A stretch of 64,000 nucleotides of DNA from Histomonas meleagridis 2922-C6/04-290x (taxonomy: Eukaryota; Protista; Parabasalia). The DNA lies in NCBI GenBank assembly GCA_020184695.1, contig JAANOX010000153.1, forward strand, positions 496,001 to 560,000. Reading direction: 5' to 3'. Within the stretch, counting starts at the first letter, position 1. Each line of letters starts with the position of its first letter. Positions 32,874-43,100 of this stretch are shown here, one piece after another. A program made the position numbers and the translations under genes. Under the pieces are notes generated by a model that worked only from the letters and a program-made list of their open reading frames with translations, was not told the DNA's origin and did not search any database.

Positions 32874-35308
32874 ATGGATATTTGGGATAAAATTTTGGAA
32901 AAAACAAGTATCAACCAGAAGTCAAAAGAACCAGAAATCATTGAATCGATTCGACGAATTATAATTAGTTTATCTAATGATAATATATTACAATCAATTC
33001 ATTCAATTATCATTGGTTTAAATAAAGATAATATTTCTCAATCAGTTCAATCAATTATTTCTATATTTGATTATGATTATCCATATTCTTTTAATGTAGT
33101 TATGTGTCACTTTGTTATTATCTGTATTTTTATTGATAAGAATGATTTTAATGTATATTTGAATTTCATTAAAGAAATTGAAAAATTTCAAAAAGCTCAT
33201 AAAATCAAATCGAATATTTTAAATATTTTTACTAATTTTCTTCTTCTTTCAAAATTTACAAATCAAGAAACAAATTACCAACTTTTAAAAATGTATGAGG
33301 ATAATGTTCTTGATCGAAAAATATTACAAACTAAGTTAGCGCCAAATGTCATCGACAATATGTCAATAGAAGAATACAACCTACAAAGGCGATATGATTA
33401 CATTAAAAAAGAGATTTCAAGTATTAAAAAACTTTCGAATAATGATTTGGAACTTCATAAAATACATATTAAAGAAGGACATAATCCAAATGAAATTTCT
33501 AAAATCATTCGAAATGATGAAATCAAAAAACTTCAAGAAATATCATCACAAACAAATTTTGATTTTAATCAAACAATTGAACCATCACTTTATGAAAGAT
33601 GTTCATTTATTAATCAAGAAAATGTTACATTAATTGATTATGCAGCATTTTTTTCAGCAGTTAAATGTTTTAAATTTTTACTTATGAATGGTGCAAATGT
33701 ATATAAAACAGGTAAATATGCAATTGCAGGTGGAAATGAAGAAATCGTTCATTTATGTGAACAAAATCATTCTTCATTTGAAGATGCATATGAAACAGCA
33801 ATTGAGTTTCATCGAAATGATATTTTTAAATATCTTCATGAAAATAATGTTGTCAAAATCCGTAATTTAGAAAAATTAGGAAATTTAAGTATTATGTTTT
33901 GGAACATTGAAATTTTTTCATTTTTACAGAAAAATGGAATGAAAATCAATGAAAATATTATTAATGATATAGCAAAAATTGGAAATCTTTACCTCATTAA
34001 ACATTTTTTAAAAGAAAATTCAATTCCAAAAAATATTTTAGCATACTCTATAGAATTAGAGAATATTGAACTCGTTGAATATGTTTTAAAACAAAAAGGA
34101 ATTGATATTAATGGTAAAAATATTTATTTATATTATTTTCTATATATTTTGATAATTTAATATTTTAAAATAATATTTGGAAATTATTTATATTATTTGA
34201 AACAGCACTAATTTATGTATCAAAATTTGGTTATATAGAAATAGTTAAAATACTTCTTGAACAAAAAGGAATTGATATTAATACTAAAGATATTTATTTG
34301 TTTTATTTAATATTTGTAATAATAATTTAGAATTTCAAAATAATATTTGGAAATTATTTAAATTATTTAATGCAGCATTTATGTTTGCATCTGCAAATGG
34401 TCATATCGAAATAGTTAAATTACTTCTTGAACAAGAAGGAATTGATATTAATGCTAAAAATATTTATTTTTTTTATTAAATATTTAATATAATAATTTAA
34501 TATTTCAAAATAATATTTAAAAATTATTTTAATTATTTAATACAGCACTTATTTTAGCATCTTATTATGGTCATACAGAAATAATTAAATTACTTCTTGA
34601 ACAAGAAGGAATTGATATTAATGCTAAAGATAATATTTATTTTAATAATTTAATATTTCAAAATAATATTTGGAAATTATTTAAATTATTTGAGACAGCA
34701 CTTATTTGGGCATCTTGGAATAATGATACAGAAATAGTTAAATTACTTCTTGAACAAGAAGGAATTGATATTAATGCTAAAAATATTTATTTGTTTTATT
34801 TGAAATTTATTTTAATAATTTGATATATCAAAATGATATTTGGAAATTATTTTAAATATATAGAACAGCACTTATTTATGCTACTAAAAAAGGTTATATA
34901 GAAATAGTTAAATTACTTCTTGAACAAGAAGGAATTGATATTAATGTCAAAGATTTTTATTTGTTTTATTTAGTTTTTGTTTTAATAATTTAAAATTTCA
35001 AAATAATATTTGGAAATTATTGAAATTGTTTAATACAGCACTTATGTATGCATCGAGAAGAGGTTTTATAAAAATAGTTAAATTACTTCTTAAACAAGAA
35101 GGAATTGATATTAATGCTGAAAATATTTATTTGTTTTATTTAGTTTTTGTTTCAATAATTTAAAATTTCAAAATAATATTTGGAAATTATTTTAAATATT
35201 TCAAACAGCAATAATTTTAGCATCTAAAAAAGGTCATAGAGAAATAGTTAGATTACTTTTTAAACAAAAAGGAGTTAATACTAAAGATATGTATTTGTTT
35301 AATTTTGG
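32874..35308 (+). CDS. DUF3447-ankyrin repeat protein whose repeat loops are encoded as single codons separated by 17-nt spacers
   Basis: Open from ATG 32874 through DUF3447 (TLIDYAAFFSAVKCFKFLLMNG..KYAIAGGNEEIVHL) to GIDINGKN (34121). Seven ankyrin blocks follow (six of 90 nt, last 84 nt), separated by 80/80/80/63/80/80/80-nt inserts. The 3' end and stop are unresolved after 35308. Confidence 0.85.
34122..35308 (+). repeat. Tandem ankyrin blocks alternating with (17-nt spacer + codon) x4 inserts
   Basis: Inserts at 34122-34201, 34292-34371, 34462-34541, 34632-34694, 34785-34864, 34955-35034 and 35125-35204, plus one more unit at 35289-35308. Confidence 0.95.
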
Positions 35309-36100
35309 ATTTATATGAATAATAATCTTCTTTCAAAGGACAAACTCAATTAAAACAATTTATAGATAAAAATTAATTATTCGTACAGCCAAAAGTTTTA
35401 AATAACGAATTCATTTCCTAATAATAAGTGTAACATTCATGTAAGAAACTACTTTTAAAGATATATATATCATTGTTAATAAAAACATATTTATTTTTTT
35501 TTAATCTTTTTTGATTTCTTTTTTATTCCCTGAATGATATTCTTTGATAACATCCAGTAAAAACATAGGTAAATTCGCTTCGTTGGAATGTAATTTTGCT
35601 TTTGCTATAGCATAGGTCCATATCAAATTGGGAAATTCAAAGATAAAAAAATTTCATTAAACACGAATATTATACTAAGCGATGGAACAAATATTCATGG
35701 ACCGTATCTATAAATAAATGAAATTATGAAAAGATTTGATGTGAAAGAAGTTGAAGATAATGAAACAAAAGTTTTCTTTTTCGAAAATAGGGATTCAATT
35801 CAATGGAAAATGAAACAGAAAATTCATATATAAATCAACTTGTTGAACATTGAAATAAATATAAGTGATAAATTTGGTTAGATCTAGCTGAATATAATGA
35901 AATGAAGACATAAACAAATATATGCTAGTTGTTAACAGCACATATGCATCCATCTTTACATGATTAAAAACATCTTGATAAATATTTAACACAACTCTTT
36001 CTCAAATACGAAAGTAGGTAAACACATATGAAGAAAAAAAAAAAAAAAACGAAATTATATTGTTTGAATTTCAAGCTTTGATACCGCGGTATCGGTTCAA

Positions 36101-37763
36101 ATGCCTATCGTATGACATTTTTTTTGGCACTGACAATTGTATTTTCTCACAAATATTTAAACAGGGTTGTACATTATTTAATTGATGGAACTTTCGAAAT
36201 CATTAGAATCAATTGTCTATAATCTCAACGAAAAAAATTTCGATCAATCAGTTCAAGCAACAATTAATTTATTTGTAGAAAGGCTGCCATATACATTTAA
36301 CTATCTTGTTTCTAGACTTATCTATTCAGCTTTTGTTTCTCAATCAAATAATGAAAATATATACATTAAATATTTATTAACTTTAAAAGAAAAAGAAGAT
36401 GAAAAAGTTAAAAACAAAAGTGGAACTGAAGCCAATCTTGTTCAAATCTTTTGTAAATATTTACTGAGAACAGAAAAACAAGAATCATATTTCCTTCTTG
36501 AAAAGATGATCGAAGAAGAAATAATTGAACCATCTTCAGTAAAGAACATAAACACATTTTATTTTTCTCAATATAAAACAAAAGAAGAAATAAATGAATT
36601 AAAGAACAAATATCCAAGACCACAATTCCTTGAAGAATTTATTTCAGCACTTGATGAATTATCAAAAGATGATTGGAAATTTCATATGCAATATGTAAAA
36701 GAAGGAGTTAATCCATTAGAAATTGCGAAAGTACTTCGAAATGATGATTTAGAAAAGCTTCAAGAAATATCATCAAATAATGAATTTGACTTTAATCAAA
36801 TAATTAAGCCATCACTTTATGAAAGATGCTCATTTATTAATACTGAAAATGTTACATTAATTGATTATTGTGCATTTTTTGGTTCGATTAAATGTTTTAA
36901 ATATTTATTATTAAATAATTCGAATATCAAAAATACATCTAAATATGCAATTGCAGGTGGAAACTTAGAAATTATTCATTTATGTGAACAAAACAATTCA
37001 TCGTTTAAAGAAGCACATGAAACAGCAATAGAATTTCATCGAAATGAAATTTTTCATTATCTTTATGAAAATAAAATTGGAAAATTTTCATCTTCAAACT
37101 CTTCTTTTACAAAATCGAATTCTGATATCGAAAATCAAGATAATTGTAATTTAAGTGAAGAAAATTTAATATATCTTGGGAAAAAATGTATTGAATTTAA
37201 TAATTATGAAATCTTCATGTTTTTAGAAAAAGAAGGAATGAAAATAAATAATGAAATTATAAAAGAAATAGTATCAAAAGGAAATACATTCATAATAGAA
37301 AGTGATATAGAAAGTCAACGAATTCCAAAAACAATTTTACCATATTCAGTTAAATCAGGAAATATAGAAATAGTAAAATTACTTTTAGATAAAGGAATTG
37401 ATGTTAATGAAAAAACTATTCATTTGAATAATTTAGAATATGTTTTAATAATTTGTAATATATTTTAATAATTTAAAATATGTTTTAATAATTTGAAATA
37501 TGTTTTAATAATTTAATATATGTTTTAATAATTTGAAACAGCATTTGAAATTGCTAAACGGTTGGGTTTCAGAGAAATAATACAATTACTTCGTGAAAAA
37601 GGTGCCATTTAGTTCAGACTTTGGTAAGTGTTCTACTAATTTTTTGATAAGGTGCACGATTGTACCACTTACCAGAACGGGTGACTAGTGGTTTATCTAT
37701 TTTTAGATTTGAGCAAAATTAAAATATCTCTTAATTGAGAGATGAAGTTGCTCCAAAATAGGC
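36101..37763 (+). repeat. Direct dispersed duplicate of 21617-24324
   Basis: Shared from ATGCCTATCGTATGAC through the gene to CCAAAATAGGC. The copies differ by the 310-bp deletion and by ankyrin block and array copy number. Confidence 0.95.
36185..37612 (+). CDS. DUF3447-ankyrin protein; final repeat reached across a 6-unit (17+3) array
   Basis: Intact ORF from 36185 to GIDVNEKT (37417), then the array 37418-37537, then the capping repeat 37538-37612 ending in TAG. Confidence 0.85.
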
Positions 37764-38928
37764 TTATCTTAATTTTATATTCATCATTCACACTTTTTGA
37801 ACCGAATTCGATCAAAATTGTTGGCCAAAGTAAAACTATTGCATTCAAAATCATTATATCGTTCTGAACGATAATATTCAAAATTTTATCAAAAAAAATA
37901 AAAATATCTAATGAATCGATATATATTTGTGCTTAGTCAGGATGTGATGAATGGCGCTTCCAGATTTGAAAGGAATTAAAACTGATAATCAAATCCAATT
38001 TTTTTCTAATTTAAAAGTATTTCGAAAATTATGGTTTTATTCTTGATGGCTAAATCAAATGTTTTTCCTGTATCGAGAAGTTGTGTTTTTATAATTGAGT
38101 ATAATATATAGCGTTAAAAGGTTTATTTTTTGAGTTTCAGAAGGTGTCGCTTTTTTAAAAAGAAATAATTTTCATTTTGATAGGAATTTTATAAAATAAT
38201 GTTGATTTTCTTAGAAATTTTAATAATCTTCACTAAATCCAGTGCGAACCGAATGTTTTTATTTTCAATAAATTTTAAATAATTCTAATATAGTTAGTGC
38301 AAACTCATGGTTTATATAAAATTGATAATTTTGTTGACTCAAAATATTGTTTATTTATTTAATATAATCAAGTGTTTTTGATCAAGGTGTTTTTGAATAA
38401 CCATAAATTTTTTTTCGAGAATTGATAAAATTGATGATTTGAAAAATCTAATGTTTTGATATTTTACCATTTGTTTCGTGTAAGCCTTTGATGATTTATA
38501 TCAGTTGATTGATTTTTAATGCGTAATATCTTTTGAATGGCTTTTAAATAGTAAAGAAATTTTATTTATAGATCATCTATCGTCCGTCTATCGGTTTCTA
38601 TCGTTGTCTATTATCATCAGTGCGCTAATAACTGAAAATAAACCATACAAAAGTGGAGTTTTGTCATTTTTAATAATGAAAAAATAAATTTATCTTGACT
38701 TACCATGAATATTATTTAGCATTTATATTAAATTAGAACATCAATTATGTACATATATTATATATTCTTAATGGCTAGTTCTGATATCTTCCCAGTATAA
38801 CTACGGCGAAATATGCGAAACGAGTAATATATATTCTTAATAATATTTTAAAACGATTAAAGCGCTTTGAAAATAATTTAACGTTCTATTTTTTGGAACT
38901 TGGTCTTGAAATAAACGGTTGCCATTTT

Positions 38929-39786
38929 ATGAACCCAGCTGGGTTTCGAAACCAAGAAATTTGGATCTCTTCTCCTTATTGGAATAAACTTGATCAGGCG
39001 GATAAACTAGAATTTCAAAGCTTAAGACGTCGTTTCCATCAAAATCAAAAAATCTCTTCAAAAGATCCACGGCTTATTAGTTTTTCGAACGATTTATGCG
39101 AAATATTGAGATTTATTGAACACCCTGGCCCTGGAAGAGAAAATAGAACTATCTTAGCAGGAGTTGCATTTTCTGGTCCATTCATATGTGTTAATACGAG
39201 ACAGTTAAAGAACTTTCTGGGAAGATGTAAATCATCTATAAATGGAAGCTTTCAACAGTTAGGATACGTTGCATTAAAAACAAAATCAAAAGCTAGAACA
39301 TGTGTTCTATCTTTGATCCCTTCGCTTATGAATGATCAAAATACACTACGTCAATGGACAGTTAGATGTGCTTCAAGTAATGCTAAGTTTTGCTTTGTTT
39401 CTTCAATTCCAACAGTTCAATTTCCATCAATTACAAATGATGATTTAAATGAAGATCATAAGCCTAGCGCTACACAAAAAGTGTTGCCACAGAGACCGCA
39501 GTTTATGCCAGCAAGAACATTGTCACAGAATTCTTTTGATTTAGCAATTCCAAATAACATTAATGATAATAATACAGAAGAACCCGTGTTTGGAGAAGCG
39601 GTTCATTACGGTGAGATGTCTTCTTTTTATTCTTTGGATTGTTTGAATTTGGTAGATGCAGATGGAAGTGATAATGAATGGAACCCAATGTGGGAGCAAA
39701 AGTCGTTGCCGAGATCACAGTCTGTAAGCTTTGGAATCAAAGAAGATACCCGTACCTTCGATTTTGACGTGTTTGACAGTTTGTAG
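38929..39786 (+). CDS. Initiator-binding-domain (IBD, IBP39-like) protein
   Basis: YWNKL..D..EF..LR, ILRFIE, GVAFSGPFICVNTRQLKNFLGRCKSSINGSFQQLGY: the parabasalid IBD signature. ATG at 38929. Confidence 0.88.
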   Translation: MNPAGFRNQEIWISSPYWNKLDQADKLEFQSLRRRFHQNQKISSKDPRLISFSNDLCEILRFIEHPGPGRENRTILAGVAFSGPFICVNTRQLKNFLGRCKSSINGSFQQLGYVALKTKSKARTCVLSLIPSLMNDQNTLRQWTVRCASSNAKFCFVSSIPTVQFPSITNDDLNEDHKPSATQKVLPQRPQFMPARTLSQNSFDLAIPNNINDNNTEEPVFGEAVHYGEMSSFYSLDCLNLVDADGSDNEWNPMWEQKSLPRSQSVSFGIKEDTRTFDFDVFDSL

Positions 39787-40114
39787 AAATAAAAAACGTT
39801 TTTCTATCGTAATTTCTAATTGAACATAAAAATGGAATATTTCCTAACGTATAACTAATAACTCTTGTTCTCTTGGCGAAAATTGTTCACTTTGCTAAGG
39901 ACATTATAGAGTTATTTTATGATGTTCAAATTAGATTTAAATAGTAATCAGATTTGGGATGAATTAATTTTCTTTTCTGTGATATAGTATGGTAGCTGGA
40001 TCAATATAGAAAATATGTTGTCATTATATCCATTTAATAGAAAGATATGTTTTTATTTTTGGTTTTTTTAATAATCTGACAAAAATTGTCACTTAAATAA
40101 TCAAACTTTTTTAA

Positions 40115-43100
40115 ATGTTTACAAAAAATACACTCAGAATGAACAAGTTTTTAGATGAAATTTCTCAAATTGCTTCTTCCCAAATATTAATATCTGCCGA
40201 ACAAGTGATAATGAAAAATCTTTTAGAAATTGATAAATTTCTTGTTCAAGGAATATCAGAAAAAGAAATAGAATTAATTGAACAACATTTATTCGGACTT
40301 TTTTCAATTAATTCATCGCAATTGAGTTACCAATGTTCTTTATTTATTGCGTCTAAACTTGTTTCAGCATATAAATTATCCAAAAAACCACAACTTATAA
40401 ACATTATTAATTTAGCAATTACAAATTCATCAGAATCAACAATAATTTGTGCTGGTTATATTTGCCGCCATTTAGCCTTTACGTCAAAATCGCAAATTCC
40501 ACGATTTGTTGATTTTTTGTTAAATCATAATAAGTATCCATATGCTACTATTTATGCAATCCGTGGATGTTTTAAGTCATGTGGCAATGCCTTATCATCA
40601 TATCTTATCCCAACAATAAAATTTATACAAAAAAATATCACTGAAGAAAAACAATCAATTTTAATTATTTGTATTCGTTTACTTAAAACACTTATTCAGT
40701 TTGGTTCAGCATCAATTCCACATATTATTGAAGTTAGTAAATCCATTGAATTAATAATTAATAAGCATAAATATCCATTACAAAATGATTTATCATTACT
40801 TATAGCAAAATTATCATATTCACAAATCAAACAAAATGAAACAGATGAAGAAAAACATACACTAAACAAAACAATACAATATGTTAATTTAAATGAATGT
40901 CTTTTAATTGTACAACAATTTAATAGTTTAATTAAACCGATTATTCGACATTTAATTAATTTCTTTAATTTTAATCCGATTCATTTTGATTGTTTACAAT
41001 TATTTAACTTCATAAATAAACATTGTAATGAATTACTTAAAGAATTTATCCCAATTATGCAAACAGATATTAAATATCAATTATTTGAGAAAATCAAACA
41101 AGAGAAAACAATTTCTTCTGATAAATTACGTTCATTAATATTATTATGTCCAAATAATTCATGTATAAATGAAATAACTGGAATATCATTACTTTTAGCT
41201 TGTTCCAAATCAAAAGAAGATCAAAAAGCAGCGATTAATTTTTTTCGTACATTTTCTAAGTCACATCCAACAATAATGTTAAACTATTTACGATGTTCAT
41301 TAGTATTTTTATCACAACCACCAGAAATAGATAAAAATCTCGAAAATGATTTCATTGGAAATTCGAATATTGTATATGAAATATTACGAAATATTCCAAG
41401 GATTAAAGATGCTTTACTTAATAATTCTGATTTAATTAAACAATATATTGAAAATATATTAACAAATAAATATATAAAATCATTTATTTGTTATCCAAAA
41501 GCATTTTTAACTTTATCAATTTTACCCGAAGAATATTCAAATAATGAATATGTAATAAATGCAATATCAAATGCTTTAACATCTATTTCTAAAATTGAAG
41601 AAAAATCAAAGTTATGGAAATCAATTATTAAAAGTATTTTCATGTTAAGATCGAAACATATTAATATCCAACAAAATAATTTATTAATAGCTTATGTATT
41701 ATCATCACAAAATAATGATTTACCAAATTCCGTTGTTATTGGATTAGAGAAAATTGTACCAATTTCGAAAACACCTGAAACATTTTATTATCAAACATCG
41801 AAAAAAGTTATTTCTAATTCATTTAAGATTAAACCATCGAAAGAATTAATCAAAAAGTTCATTAAAAGATCTTTGCCTACTGGAAAAGATATTAATTTCA
41901 AACCTAAAACACAAATACAAAAAGATAATAAAAAACAAAACCAATTAATCGAAATGATACTTTATTTTCCTAAATTATATAAGTTATGTAATATTCAAGA
42001 ACGAAATTTAATATTAAAAACATTTTTTACCGAGAATAATATCGTAAGTTATTTGTTTATATTACAAATCTGTAAAATATATCCGAAAACATTACCTAAG
42101 AAATTAGTAACTTTTTTATTACAATTATTAAATACTAAAAAATTACAAAAAGTTGAAATCATTTGCGAATTAATTTCGGTATATTCAATAAAACATCCAC
42201 AAACAATGAATGAAATCTTTAATTATATTCAAACAACTAATCAAAATTCAACTTATATATTAATATCATCAATGTTTACACATTGTAATATACCGATGAA
42301 TTATATATCGAACATTATACACATATTAAACACTAATATTAAAAATAAAAATTTCACGCCATTTATATTATTTACAATTACGTCAATGTTAAAGACACAT
42401 TCAGTTGAATTATCAAATATCGGATTTACATTAAATGAATTTTCGATCATATTCGAAACAATAAATTCAAAGTCTTCATTACAGCCAATTATATTACATT
42501 TATGCTCGGAATGTTTTTCGGAATTAATTGAAGTTAATTCATTAAACTTAAAGACATTTAAATCACTTCAAGAATTAGTATTAATATCACTTGAAAGTAT
42601 TAAATTCACTCCAATTAATTATTCGAAAAATTCATTTTTCATATGTTTTAAAACATTAATTTTATTTGCGAATAATTTAATAACAAATTTTTTGCCAACA
42701 TTAAAATTCCCGAATTATTTAGGTGTACAACAATATATACAATTAAATGCATGTTCTGCTTATAATGACTTAATAAAATATGTAAATACTGATACGAAAT
42801 CATTATCACAAACATTAATCTTTCTAATACAAAAGACGAATGACATTCGAGCATCGAATTTATTAATATCAATTTTAAGTCAATCGAATTCGATAATAAT
42901 TTTCATGAATTTAATTCGTAAAATTTTATTATCGAATACTATCATTGATAATTATTTAATTGAGCCAAATGTTTTATTAAAAATTACTATACTTAAATCA
43001 TGTTATAATATAATCGATTTTATATCTTTAGAAGAAAACTTTAAAACGGAATATTTGGATGATATTATATCAGCGATTTGTAATTCGATTCAAACAAATA

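Noticed and set aside
34122-34201. Stop-codon reassignment or readthrough as the explanation for the interrupted ORFs
   Set aside because: 80-nt inserts are not multiples of three, and conserved genes in the window end normally at TAA, TAG or TGA.
34122-35204. Canonical GT-AG introns explaining the ankyrin interruptions
   Set aside because: CAG always precedes the TAL block, but it is part of the ACA-GCA codons. Several inserts have no usable GT, the available GTs give the wrong frame, and there is no ACTAAC branch point.
34122-35308. Sequencing or assembly artefact producing the 20-nt periodicity
   Set aside because: The pattern recurs at six loci on both strands with slot-specific, diverged spacer sequences and decodes to the ankyrin consensus. 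Exact unit counts in the long VNTRs still need read validation.
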